From contig WRFR01000004.1 of NCBI GenBank assembly GCA_009778715.1, positions 1,857 to 65,856 of the forward strand: a DNA stretch of 64,000 bases, written 5' to 3'. Each line of letters opens with the position of its first letter. The stretch's first letter is position 1. The translations under genes and the position numbers were made by a program. This DNA comes from Coriobacteriia bacterium (GTDB lineage Bacteria > Actinomycetota > Coriobacteriia > WRKU01 > WQUG01). Below the pieces are notes generated by a model. The model saw only the letters and a list, made by a program, of their open reading frames with translations. It had not been told where the DNA came from and ran no database searches. Of this stretch, positions 1 through 8,959 are shown one piece after another.

Positions 1-11
1 CCGGAACAAAG

Positions 12-1139
12 GTGGCTGCTCCTGCGCGCTATACCGTTGCCCAGATGAAGGCTGTTGCGGATGCTGATGTGCTAGCACCTTCTGGATATAATTCTTCCTG
101 GGTTTACAAGCATTCAGTGCTTGACAGTTCGGGAAATTGCCGCATTTATACCTCTTCAGGAGTTCTTTTAGTGGCTATTTTCAGAGCCACACACGCTACG
201 CTCTCTACTGGTAATTCAACAACGTTTACGGCCGGTGACGGCGCTTCAAAAACTTATCCATATAATCCAGGTAGTGATGCGCTATCAACAGAGCGTTTTG
301 TTTATGGCATTACCTATGACACCCCAGAAGGCATACCTCACGGTTCTCCGCTTATTGCCTGGAGTTCTTCTTATGTTACCTTGGGGACTGCAGCCCCTGT
401 AACAAAGGTCGCCTCTTCGCAGCTGCCCATGTTACTGGTGGGTCAGCTCAACGACTCCGATGTCAATGCCCCCTACCTGTTCAATTCTTCAGGTGGCCCA
501 ACGACAATCACGGTGGGCGCCCCTGATACCTCAGTAGTTTTGACGGTCAATGGTAAGGCCTATACGGCGCTTGACCTGCTGAAGAAGGCCGCAGTAACTG
601 GTAACTTCACCTACAGCGCAGCGGGCGGGAGCAAGACCGACTATGTTGAGGGTGTATCGCTCGCTTCGCTCCTTTCTGGCGTAGCGGATACCGATGTGGT
701 GACTTTCACGGCTGCCAATGGTGCAAATGCGACCTCTTATACCATGACCAAGGCGCAGCTTGTTGCTGCTCATGCGGTGCTGGCCTACGGCGCTGGCACA
801 AAGGCTAATCTTTTGACTCCGGTCAGCGCAGGCACGGGATATGGCCCTTCACCGACACTGTACCTGGATGGAAAGGCGCCGATCGAGCATATCGATGGGG
901 TGAAATCTGCTCCCGTTAAAAACGGGGGAACTACTGGCCAGGGCGGTGGCTCTGAAACGCCGGGCAAGAATCAGGCGAAGACAACGGCTTCTCCGGCAAA
1001 CCCGGTGATAACGAATTCTTCTTCGCTGCCTGCTTCGGGAGATAACACTACCTTTGGTCTGGCCATGCCAGCTGGACTCTGTGTTATTGCAGCGATGATC
1101 ACTCTGATAGCACGTCGTCGTATTTGGAGCCGACTCTGA
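12..1139 (+). CDS. cell-surface protein, 5'-partial (runs off the window start), with a C-terminal sortase-type sorting signal (LPASG + hydrophobic helix + RRR tail)
   Basis: ORF is open from the window edge and its first residues do not look like a signal peptide, so it is mid-protein. The sequence is Ser/Thr/Gly/Ala-rich. The C-terminus reads SLPASGDNTTFGLAMPAGLCVIAAMITLIARRRIWSRL, which is an LPxTG-like motif, a TM segment and a basic tail. Confidence 0.5.
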   Translation: MAAPARYTVAQMKAVADADVLAPSGYNSSWVYKHSVLDSSGNCRIYTSSGVLLVAIFRATHATLSTGNSTTFTAGDGASKTYPYNPGSDALSTERFVYGITYDTPEGIPHGSPLIAWSSSYVTLGTAAPVTKVASSQLPMLLVGQLNDSDVNAPYLFNSSGGPTTITVGAPDTSVVLTVNGKAYTALDLLKKAAVTGNFTYSAAGGSKTDYVEGVSLASLLSGVADTDVVTFTAANGANATSYTMTKAQLVAAHAVLAYGAGTKANLLTPVSAGTGYGPSPTLYLDGKAPIEHIDGVKSAPVKNGGTTGQGGGSETPGKNQAKTTASPANPVITNSSSLPASGDNTTFGLAMPAGLCVIAAMITLIARRRIWSRL

Positions 1140-1179
1140 ACCTAACAACTCGTATGTCCCTGCCGGGCAGGCTCAGCTA

Positions 1180-2208
1180 ATGAGGCGCAAGGACTCATCA
1201 GATGTTCATGCGCCTGTTGTGGTGCTGAAAACCTCGCGTGACGACGATCTGGCGCTCGCGAAGTCGATGTTGATGTCTGCTGATATCCCGTTCTATACGA
1301 AGAACGAGTGGATAGCTGATTTATTTGGGTATGCGCGCTTTGGTGGGCATAGCAGGATAACGGGGCCGATAGAGCTGCTGGTTGCTCCCCGGGACGCAGA
1401 TGACGCCTATGAGATATTGAAGCCGCTTGATCGTCCCGGTCAGACTACTGCAGTGAGCAGAGACAATGAAGAAGAGCGCACTCAGGCAAGTGAGCACGTG
1501 GTGGTTTTTTCCACACGGTGCAAAAGCGAGTTGGCGCCTGTCGAATCACAACTGAAAACAGCTGGTATTTCCTACTTGGTTACAGCCAAGGTGGTCGATC
1601 ACGAAACACAAGTGCAAGTCACCGTTGCTCGATGCGATAGGGAGCGCACCCGAAAAGTTCTTTCTTTACCTGAGGACTCGTTAGAGAACAGCAAGGATAT
1701 GTCTGTATCATCATCGCCGCCAGTCGATTCGCCGGACCAGTCGTCAGTAAACGACCACGGCTCAGGCTTGTGGGGTTCTGCGCCCCGAACGGTCCGATCA
1801 ATTGCTGTGATCATTCTTGCCATTGCCGTAATGAGCTGGGTCACTGGGCCGCTTCTCTCTGCTCTCGCTTCATCGGCGCCTGAACCTGAGTATCTAAGCT
1901 GGGGGGAACATTCGACAATCTCTGGCGGCGAAGTCCAGGGAGTGACAATTTCTGTCTCAGGAACCTCATGTCCTGATAGTTATCAAGCGATAGAGGACAA
2001 GATGATGGATCAGACCTCTATCACTGTTCAAGATGTGATAGATATGCTTTCCGAGCTGTCAACGTCTAGCGGTGTCAATGAGATTGCTGTTACGCTTCCC
2101 GGTTCATCCGAACCCCTGACTGTCCCGGAGGCGATAGCTCGGCTTTCCAAGATGACGCCTTCTCGTAGTATCCAGATTGGATCGCTCAGTTGGGCAAGCG
2201 AGTTATAG
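1180..2208 (+). CDS. hypothetical membrane protein with an N-terminal DUF2007-like (PII-like putative signalling) domain
   Basis: N-terminal segment VVVLKTSRDDDLALAKSMLMSADIPFYTKNEW...LLVAPRDADDAYEILK resembles DUF2007. A central TM helix (SIAVIILAIAVMSWVTGPLLSAL) is followed by a Ser-rich C-terminal region. Confidence 0.4.
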   Translation: MRRKDSSDVHAPVVVLKTSRDDDLALAKSMLMSADIPFYTKNEWIADLFGYARFGGHSRITGPIELLVAPRDADDAYEILKPLDRPGQTTAVSRDNEEERTQASEHVVVFSTRCKSELAPVESQLKTAGISYLVTAKVVDHETQVQVTVARCDRERTRKVLSLPEDSLENSKDMSVSSSPPVDSPDQSSVNDHGSGLWGSAPRTVRSIAVIILAIAVMSWVTGPLLSALASSAPEPEYLSWGEHSTISGGEVQGVTISVSGTSCPDSYQAIEDKMMDQTSITVQDVIDMLSELSTSSGVNEIAVTLPGSSEPLTVPEAIARLSKMTPSRSIQIGSLSWASEL

Positions 2209-2292
2209 CTATCGTGGTATGCTTTTCACGAAAGAGGAAATTTTCGCTGGTTGACACGCAAGCGAGCGAAAGGACAAGATCAGGAGGCCAAC

Positions 2293-2640
2293 ATGGCACG
2301 TTTCTCGTATGATTTTCAGACTCCCTATACGCCCGAGCAAGTCAATGCGTTTTTAAACGACTTTGCCCAGAAGGAGGGCTTTGAATTTACGTCGCGCGAT
2401 GGTGAACAAGTGCTGAAGAAAGGTTCCGGCTGGGTCACGGCTCCGCAGTTCGTCAAGGTCCTTTTTAGCCCAGGGACTGTTCATATTGAGGCCTGGATCA
2501 AGTTCGCGCTTCTCCCGGGTGTTTACATAGGGGAGCAAGGACTGAAAGGCGTTTTCGGCTTTGCGCTCAAAGATGTGCTTAAGACACGTGTCCGCAACAT
2601 CATCGTAGGGCTTGGTGGTACACCACCGGTAGATATCTGA
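2293..2640 (+). CDS. hypothetical protein
   Basis: ORF with AGGAGG RBS at 2282-2287, 5 nt before ATG 2293. The upstream ATG at 2251 lacks an RBS. No recognisable domain. Confidence 0.4.
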   Translation: MARFSYDFQTPYTPEQVNAFLNDFAQKEGFEFTSRDGEQVLKKGSGWVTAPQFVKVLFSPGTVHIEAWIKFALLPGVYIGEQGLKGVFGFALKDVLKTRVRNIIVGLGGTPPVDI

Positions 2641-2679
2641 ACGGTACAGAAGTAGACCGGGAAGAGGGCAAAACTGCGG

Positions 2680-3279
2680 ATGACGCGAGATCGTTCACAT
2701 ACTTCAAGACGCTTTCACGTCACTCTGCTTGTTGGGGTGATCTTCCTGGCGGCTGCGGTGATCGTGTTCGTGGTTGTCAGGCTGAATGGTCAGTCAGGGC
2801 TCTCTTCAGTGCTTACTGGTCTTCAGCGTGCGGTTTCCAACAATAAGCCAGCCCCACCACCAGCTCCAAGCGATCCAAAGACCGATCGTGATCGCTTGAT
2901 CGTTACTGCCTACTCCTATCTGGGGGTACCTTACGAATATGGCGGTAAGACGGTCAAAGCGCTTGACTGCAGCGGCTTTACCACGTTGGCGTATACAGGT
3001 ATTGGTGTGGCGATCCCTGATGGCTCGTATAACCAAGCGCAAGGGGAGAAACCTCTTACCTCCGCCGACCAACTACAGCCCGGCGACCTGATATTTTATC
3101 GCTTTAAGTCAGACGTGGGTGTAACGCATGTCACGATGTATCGTGGCGATGGTTGGATCATCGGCACGGGCACGCCGGGGCAGGCCCATGAGGTTAGCCT
3201 CTATCAAGCGAGTGACGATCTCACTCACGCGGGGTGGACGCTAACCTATCGCCATATCACGCTGCCGGACGAGCAGTAA
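2680..3279 (+). CDS. NlpC/P60 (C40) family peptidoglycan endopeptidase, N-terminally membrane-anchored
   Basis: N-terminal TM helix. The catalytic core reads YLGVPYEYGGKT...LDCSGFTTLAY (Cys), then GDLIFY...THVTMYRGDGWIIG (His), which is typical of NlpC/P60. Confidence 0.85.
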   Translation: MTRDRSHTSRRFHVTLLVGVIFLAAAVIVFVVVRLNGQSGLSSVLTGLQRAVSNNKPAPPPAPSDPKTDRDRLIVTAYSYLGVPYEYGGKTVKALDCSGFTTLAYTGIGVAIPDGSYNQAQGEKPLTSADQLQPGDLIFYRFKSDVGVTHVTMYRGDGWIIGTGTPGQAHEVSLYQASDDLTHAGWTLTYRHITLPDEQ

Positions 3280-3359
3280 ACATAAAGCTGAGATCGCTCT
3301 TGACTCGCTTCTTTTCTAAGTGTACTATGTGAATTAGTACAGTTAGTGAGGAGGCGAGA

Positions 3360-3779
3360 GTTACGCTTAATATCGATCGACATTCAGGAAAACCTTCCTA
3401 TCAGCAGGTCATCGATGGTATCTCGCAGCTCATCGCCTCTGGAGCGCTGGCCGCTGACGAGAAACTTCCTTCGGTACGCTCACTAGCGCTCGATCTCTCT
3501 ATCAATCCCAACACGATCCAGAAAGCCTACGCCGCTCTCGACACAAGTGGTATCACCTACTCGGTGACGGGGGTGGGCAGCTTTGTCGCGCCTGACGCGA
3601 TCGAGCGCATTAAAGCGGAGGGACAGGTGCAGCTTGACACACTGGCGTCGGCTTTGCGCGATCTTGCTTTAGCGCACGTAGATATTGAGGCGGTACAGAA
3701 TCTCGTTGAGGAGGTCTGGAAGGACGCCTCTCAAACGAACAAGTCCAATACATCCCAGAGAGGGGGCGAACAGCGATGA
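3360..3779 (+). CDS. GntR-family (YtrA-like) transcriptional regulator; no canonical start codon in frame
   Basis: Frame-0 translation from about 3360 gives TLNIDRHSGKPSYQQVIDGISQLIASGAL..KLPSVRSLALDLSINPNTIQKAYAALDTSGITYSVTGVGSFVA, a textbook GntR wHTH. A GAGGAGG RBS lies at 3348-3354. The first in-frame ATG (3564) would delete the HTH, and the frame has a TGA at 3330-3332. The stop overlaps the downstream ABC ATPase start (ATGA). Confidence 0.65.
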   Translation, partial: VTLNIDRHSGKPSYQQVIDGISQLIASGALAADEKLPSVRSLALDLSINPNTIQKAYAALDTSGITYSVTGVGSFVAPDAIERIKAEGQVQLDTLASALRDLALAHVDIEAVQNLVEEVWKDASQTNKSNTSQRGGEQR

Positions 3780-4705
3780 TCGAAGCAATCGACCTCACTA
3801 AACGCTTCAATGATGTGGTGGCGCTCGACCGGCTCTCCTGCCAGATTCCCAGCGGCGCTATCTATGGCCTGGTCGGCTCGAATGGGGCAGGCAAGTCAAC
3901 GCTCCTGCGCTTGATTGCCGGCGTTTATCAGCCGGATGGCGGGACGCTTACGGTCGATGGCGAGCCCATCTTCGAGAACCCTGGGCGCAAGGCAGACCTG
4001 GCATTTATTTCTGATGAGCTTTACTTCCTGGCGCAGGCAAACCTGAAGCGCATGAGTGAATTGTATGCCAGCGCTTTCGCCGACTTTTCCTGTGCGCGTT
4101 TTGATGAGCTGGTCGAACTCTTTCAGCTTGATCCCAAAAAGCGTATCGGGACCTATTCTAAAGGCATGCGTCGCCAGGCAACTTTGCTGTTGGCGCTCTC
4201 GCGTCGTCCACGCTACCTGCTGATCGATGAGATATTCGACGGACTTGATCCCGTCATGCGCAACATCGTGCGCAAGCTGATCTATACGGATGTCTGTGAT
4301 CGCCAGGCAACGGCTATCGTCTCTTCACACAGCCTGCGTGAGCTGGAAGATACCTGTGATCGTTTGGCGTTGCTCTACCAGGGACGCATCATCTTTGAGA
4401 GCGAGATGGACGATCTGCACACCGGCCTCTGCAAGTTGCAACTGGTCTTTGCTGAAAGTCCCGCTCTGGTGGTCGAGGAGCAGCTACGCAGTGCGGGGCT
4501 TGATCCGGTCAAGATATCACAGTTGGGTAAGATCGTGACGATCATCCTTGACGCACCGTTTAAGGGTGTCAGTGAACGAGTCACGGCTGCTCTTGATCCG
4601 CAACCGATGCTGCTGGAGGAACTCCCTCTGACGCTCGAGGAAGTCTTCACCTACAAGATGGAGGCCTTTGGCTATCACACCGAGGAGGTGCTGCCCGATG
4701 AGTAA
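3776..4705 (+). CDS. ABC transporter ATP-binding protein (ytrB-like)
   Basis: Walker A GSNGAGKST, an ABC signature region and Walker B LLIDEIFDGLD. Translationally coupled to the GntR regulator. Confidence 0.85.
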   Translation: MIEAIDLTKRFNDVVALDRLSCQIPSGAIYGLVGSNGAGKSTLLRLIAGVYQPDGGTLTVDGEPIFENPGRKADLAFISDELYFLAQANLKRMSELYASAFADFSCARFDELVELFQLDPKKRIGTYSKGMRRQATLLLALSRRPRYLLIDEIFDGLDPVMRNIVRKLIYTDVCDRQATAIVSSHSLRELEDTCDRLALLYQGRIIFESEMDDLHTGLCKLQLVFAESPALVVEEQLRSAGLDPVKISQLGKIVTIILDAPFKGVSERVTAALDPQPMLLEELPLTLEEVFTYKMEAFGYHTEEVLPDE

Positions 4706-7055
4706 CACGAAGCGTTTTCTGTCGCCCGGCCTCTACAAAGAAGGCCTTCGCCGGCTTCGTCCTGCAGGGATTTTATTCGGCATTCTGGGCATCGGGTTCC
4801 CGTTGGTCGAGCTCGTTATGACGGCTGTTTCAGCGATTGCCAAGACCGGTAATCCGAAGATGGCAATGTCTGACCTTACCTCGCTGGCTCAAGTTGTGCT
4901 TGTTGTTGCAGCGATCTTCGCTCTTGCTTCCGTGTTTTACCTGTTCAATTTCTTAAACAAGCGCGGTAGTTCTGATTTCTATCATGCGCTGCCTGTCTCG
5001 CGTACTACGCTTTATTTCAGCTTCCTGGCGGCGATTCTGACTTGGGTCTGGGGTGTGGGTTTCTTAGGGCTTTTGCTGGTGGTGGCGGTAGCCTTGATTG
5101 GCAGCACGCCTCTGACTGTTGCCATGATCGCGGTATCGCTCGGTATGCTTCTGAGCGCGACGCTGTTCGTGGTTGCCGCAGCTTTGATGGCGGCCAGCAT
5201 TACGGGGACGCGGTTCATGAACTTGTTTGTCCTGGTTCTGATCATGATAATACCTAATGCGATCGCGAGCGCTTTTACCCAGGCGGTAGTGGGGCGCGTA
5301 CCCAGCCTTCCCGTGGAATTTGTTGGCGCGATTGGTTCGGTCTCGCTGCATAATACGCTTTTCATGCTAGCCTCGGACATGTCGCTGTACGGCGCAGCCA
5401 CTTTTGCAGCGAGCATAGCGATGACGGTTCTCTGGAGTTTTGTACTTATTGGTGCCGGCGCGTGGTTTTTTAAGCGCCGTTTGAGCGAGTTGGCGGGAAC
5501 GATAACGTTCAGCAGAGGTTTTCTCTTGGTGTTTCGGGTGGCACTTGCTATCCTGGTGGTCGCTTTCGGGACAGTGCCTCTAGCGGGAGGAAGTGGGACA
5601 AACGGATTAGTAGTATTTTTGCCAAACTCATTCTCACACCCAACCTCATTTGTTACACTCCTAAGATATTCGATTCCACTACTGATCTTTATCCTGGTCA
5701 TTTTCCTGGGCTTTGAGCTTCTCGTGACAAGAAAACTGAAAAGCATGTGGCGTACTCTGCCTTCATTTGGCTTGGTGCTTATTTTTACACTGGCTTTTTT
5801 TGGTGCTATCTTTTTGTATAGTGCATCAGCACAACGTTTTACGCCGACAGCTGATCAAATCGCCTCAGTGCAGATGATAACTTCAAGTTATGGCGTTGTT
5901 TCGAGCTCGTCTTCTCCGATATTCAGCACATTGTTCTCATCAACTAATACGCCAGCTTCATTTAACGATATTTTGACGAGGAATATCACAGACAACGATT
6001 CTGTACTTTTACAAGCTACAGCGACAAAGTTACGTGAACCTTTTTCAGCGGAAGATTCTGTTAATTCTAATGGTGATCCCGCCGCAAGGCTCATAGTAGT
6101 TCGTATGAAAGATGGAAGTATGGCACATCGCCTGATTGCTATTCGTGGCGGCAGCAATCCTGATACATTTGAGCAGGCGCTGCTCAAATCTCCTGAGATC
6201 GCTAGCGCCTTACTCAGGTTACCAAAGCCTGATGCGCAGATGCGATTTGCAGGTTCGGCGTTTCCTTTGTCCACGGGAAGTTTGTCCATTACGAATTTCG
6301 TGAGTGCAACGCCGCAACAGTATTTCGTGGGTGCTGCACAACAGCAGCGTGCCTATCGCGCTCTTTATGGCCTCTTCTACGCTGAGTACCAGAAACTTAA
6401 CTCCAAAGAGCAGTATCAAGTACTTTACGGAGATCTGTCCCAGGGCCAAGTGACGGTTTCATCTGAAACCACAGCAGTTGCCGATTTTGTTGGCAAAGGA
6501 ACAGTCCAGGTGGAGGGAGCGCTGGGCGCACAGCAATTTTCGAATACGTATAACTTCAACACATCGAAAGCTTTACTACAGTACTGGGCGATGAACTGTC
6601 TGGATATGACCACAGCGTCCACCCGAGCGCCCTCGCGAGTTCATCTTGATGAGCTTAAGCTTTTCACGTCCTCAGCTGCGCGGGGCGTAAGCAGTGATAC
6701 GACGAGTACTGCCTCATCTGATCCATTCTGGGCGGTGAAATCCGCACGTTTCGTTGCTGCGGTACGAAGCGGAGGATCGACGATCACCATCACAGAAGCC
6801 GATGGTAGTAGCAGTACAACTTCTATTGATGATGATCCCACTGAGACGGAGATCAGCAACACGCTGATGCAACGAGCGGAAACGATCATCAAGCCAGCGT
6901 TGTCGCGCAAATTCAATCTTGATGCGCCTGTGTTCGCTTCACTCTCCGTAAACTACTACGAGGAAAACAATCGCAACCAGCTGAGCCAGGCAACCGTCAT
7001 AGTCCCCCTGACGGCCCAGGAGGTCGCGGCGTTGCAAGCGCTGACGAAGAAGTGA
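4698..7055 (+). CDS. ABC-2-type transporter permease with a large (~400 aa) Ser/Thr-rich extracytoplasmic C-terminal domain
   Basis: Start ATG 4698 overlaps the ATPase stop (ATGAGTAA). The N-terminal ~390 aa has multiple TM helices. The C-terminal half is hydrophilic and visibly AT-richer in codon usage than neighbouring genes. Confidence 0.55.
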   Translation: MSNTKRFLSPGLYKEGLRRLRPAGILFGILGIGFPLVELVMTAVSAIAKTGNPKMAMSDLTSLAQVVLVVAAIFALASVFYLFNFLNKRGSSDFYHALPVSRTTLYFSFLAAILTWVWGVGFLGLLLVVAVALIGSTPLTVAMIAVSLGMLLSATLFVVAAALMAASITGTRFMNLFVLVLIMIIPNAIASAFTQAVVGRVPSLPVEFVGAIGSVSLHNTLFMLASDMSLYGAATFAASIAMTVLWSFVLIGAGAWFFKRRLSELAGTITFSRGFLLVFRVALAILVVAFGTVPLAGGSGTNGLVVFLPNSFSHPTSFVTLLRYSIPLLIFILVIFLGFELLVTRKLKSMWRTLPSFGLVLIFTLAFFGAIFLYSASAQRFTPTADQIASVQMITSSYGVVSSSSSPIFSTLFSSTNTPASFNDILTRNITDNDSVLLQATATKLREPFSAEDSVNSNGDPAARLIVVRMKDGSMAHRLIAIRGGSNPDTFEQALLKSPEIASALLRLPKPDAQMRFAGSAFPLSTGSLSITNFVSATPQQYFVGAAQQQRAYRALYGLFYAEYQKLNSKEQYQVLYGDLSQGQVTVSSETTAVADFVGKGTVQVEGALGAQQFSNTYNFNTSKALLQYWAMNCLDMTTASTRAPSRVHLDELKLFTSSAARGVSSDTTSTASSDPFWAVKSARFVAAVRSGGSTITITEADGSSSTTSIDDDPTETEISNTLMQRAETIIKPALSRKFNLDAPVFASLSVNYYEENNRNQLSQATVIVPLTAQEVAALQALTKK

Positions 7056-7061
7056 CAAAGT

Positions 7062-7110
7062 GCCTGATGACAAAACGGTGCCTGACCCCCTTTTGTCACC
7101 CTTATTTTTT
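7062..7110 (+). terminator. family-2 palindrome (TGACAAAACGG..CCTTTTGTCA) plus T-run: rho-independent terminator of the permease gene
   Basis: tgacaaaacggtgcctgacccccttttgtcacccttatttttt, with GTGCCTGA duplicated just upstream. Confidence 0.6.
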
Positions 7111-7146
7111 GTGAAAGATTTTGAAAGATTTTTACAATGATTTTGC
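7101..7146 (+). promoter_or_regulatory. 10-bp-periodic direct repeats (putative Pho box / response-regulator site) plus candidate -10 upstream of the yfiH-pstSCAB operon
   Basis: gtgaaagatt|ttgaaagatt|tttacaatga|ttttgcatat gives four phased 10-nt units. TATAAT sits at ~7163-7168. The pst genes follow without an intervening promoter. Confidence 0.45.
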
Positions 7147-7206
7147 ATATTGCGACGGGCCAGTAGTCCCGTTATAATTTATAGAGGCGTACTAGTTTTG
7201 GACCCT

Positions 7207-8118
7207 ATGGCGACGACGGAGCGACCTCGTCGCCATCGGGTCCGCTTTCTGCGGGAGAGAGAGGCCTTTGTGCCCACGTTGATACGGTCTGTCTGGGGTA
7301 CTGTTACCTGGCACACCGATCCGGAACTCAGACCTGAGGGTGTCGTTATCGCCTTCTCCGAACGGACCGGTGGTCGTTCCGTTCCTCCCTATGCAACTTT
7401 GAATATGAGCGATACCGTTGGCGATAGCCCTGCCAACGTCAAAGAGAACCGTAAACTTTTGATGCAGGCTCTGGGACTGGACGGCGATACGCAGGATCAT
7501 CTGCGCAGTTGTATCCAAGTGCATGGGACTGCCGTGGCGCGCATCGACGAGCCGCTCTCTGACGACAGGGTGCTGCCCGATACTGATGCGCTCATCACGG
7601 AGACGCCGGGTATTCCGCTGCTGATATGTGTGGCTGACTGCGTGCCGGTCATCTTAGTAGAGCGGGGCCAACACCGGGCGCTGGCGGTGATCCATTCTGG
7701 CTGGAAGGGCACGCTGGCACGTATCTCAGAAGTAGCAGTCACGGCGCTGCAAGAGGCCTACGGAACAGATCCAGCGGATCTACAGGCCTACATTGGTCCT
7801 TATATCGGCTCTGAGTCTTTTGAGGTCTCACCGGAGATTGCCGCACAATTCGTGGAGGCCTTCCCGGAGCTGCCGCAGACAGCACGCGACGGCGGCGGTG
7901 GCGGCGCCGAGCCCACCGTTTCATTCGACTTGGGCACGGCTGTCTCGCTCACCTTGCAACAAGCGGGCGTGCCTGCCGCCGCGATCACGCTTTTGGGCGC
8001 GGATACCGCGACGGAACATGCGCATTACTTCTCCTATCGTGCTCAAAACGGCGTCACCGGGCGCCAGGCCGCCCTGGCCTGTTTGCTGCCCTTGCTGGCG
8101 GGGGGCTCCCATGCCTAG
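7207..8118 (+). CDS. pgeF: YfiH/PgeF (DUF152) family purine-nucleoside phosphorylase / peptidoglycan editing factor (ylmD homolog)
   Basis: Motifs GVVIAFSERTGGRSVPPYATLNMS, LLICVADCVPVILVE and VIHSGWKGT are present. The ORF track starts at 7150 but a TATAAT at ~7163-7168 argues for the ATG at 7207. The stop overlaps the pstS start. Confidence 0.7.
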   Translation: MATTERPRRHRVRFLREREAFVPTLIRSVWGTVTWHTDPELRPEGVVIAFSERTGGRSVPPYATLNMSDTVGDSPANVKENRKLLMQALGLDGDTQDHLRSCIQVHGTAVARIDEPLSDDRVLPDTDALITETPGIPLLICVADCVPVILVERGQHRALAVIHSGWKGTLARISEVAVTALQEAYGTDPADLQAYIGPYIGSESFEVSPEIAAQFVEAFPELPQTARDGGGGGAEPTVSFDLGTAVSLTLQQAGVPAAAITLLGADTATEHAHYFSYRAQNGVTGRQAALACLLPLLAGGSHA

Positions 8119-8959
8119 GGCTCAGTTAAAACGCCGGGTACTGCTTGCCAGCCTGCTCTGCATGCTGCTGCTTGCCTCGCTCATTTTGAGCGCCTGCTCA
8201 AAAGATACGACCGATGTGGTGGTCAGCGGGTCGACGACTGTTGAGCCCATCGCTGAGGTAGCGGGCGAGGACTACGGCAAAGCCCATCCCAACGTTTCTA
8301 TCCTGGTCAGTGGCCTGGGCTCATCGGCGGGCATTGAAGCGGTGGGGGTTACCAAGACCGCTGATATTGGCACCAGCTCGCGCGAACTTAAGGGTTCCGA
8401 GCTCAAGCTCGGCCTGAAAGTTATCCCGATCGCGCATGACGGCATTGCCGTGGTGGTCAATCCGGCTAATACCGTCAGGAATTTATCGATGTCTGACCTG
8501 CGCGCGATTTTTGCGGGGAAGATCACAAACTGGAAAGAGGTCGGCGGACCGGATGAGCCGATCACGCTTGTCAACCGCGATGAGTCCTCCGGGACCCGCG
8601 ACGCGTTCACGTCGTTTGTGATGGGAGACACTCCCTTCGAGATCAACGCGGTGGTCCTGCCGGGTACCGGCCAGGTGCGCGAGGTCATCCGGCGTACGAA
8701 GGGCGCCATCGGCTACATCTCCGAGGGCTTTGTCAAAGGCGATGTGCGCGCGCTGAGCATCAATGGCATCACGCCTTCTGCCGCTAATATTTCATCTGAG
8801 AAATATCCCCTGTCGCGCTCACTGTATTTTCTGACGCGCGCAGACCCGAGCCCGGAGGCGCAGGACTACATCAACTATGTGCTTTCCGACGCAATCCAGG
8901 AGGGGGCCGTGCGTGACGCCGGTTACCTTCCGATCAAGATAAAGAGCGGTGACAAGTGA
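8111..8959 (+). CDS. pstS: phosphate ABC transporter substrate-binding lipoprotein PstS
   Basis: ATG 8111 overlaps the yfiH stop (ATGCCTAG). Signal peptide with lipobox LSAC. PstS-like body VVSGSTTVEP...GSSAGIEAV. The ORF-track call 7793..8959 is an in-frame over-extension. Confidence 0.9.
   Translation: MPRAQLKRRVLLASLLCMLLLASLILSACSKDTTDVVVSGSTTVEPIAEVAGEDYGKAHPNVSILVSGLGSSAGIEAVGVTKTADIGTSSRELKGSELKLGLKVIPIAHDGIAVVVNPANTVRNLSMSDLRAIFAGKITNWKEVGGPDEPITLVNRDESSGTRDAFTSFVMGDTPFEINAVVLPGTGQVREVIRRTKGAIGYISEGFVKGDVRALSINGITPSAANISSEKYPLSRSLYFLTRADPSPEAQDYINYVLSDAIQEGAVRDAGYLPIKIKSGDK

Noticed and set aside
5012-5746. 244-aa minus-strand ORF inside the permease gene
   Set aside because: Antisense shadow ORF of the TM-rich permease region. 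No independent support.
7793-8111. ORF-track extension of pstS upstream to 7793 (388 aa)
   Set aside because: The extension overlaps yfiH in another frame and is Arg/Ser/Pro-rich junk. The lipoprotein signal peptide begins at the ATG at 8111, which overlaps the yfiH stop.
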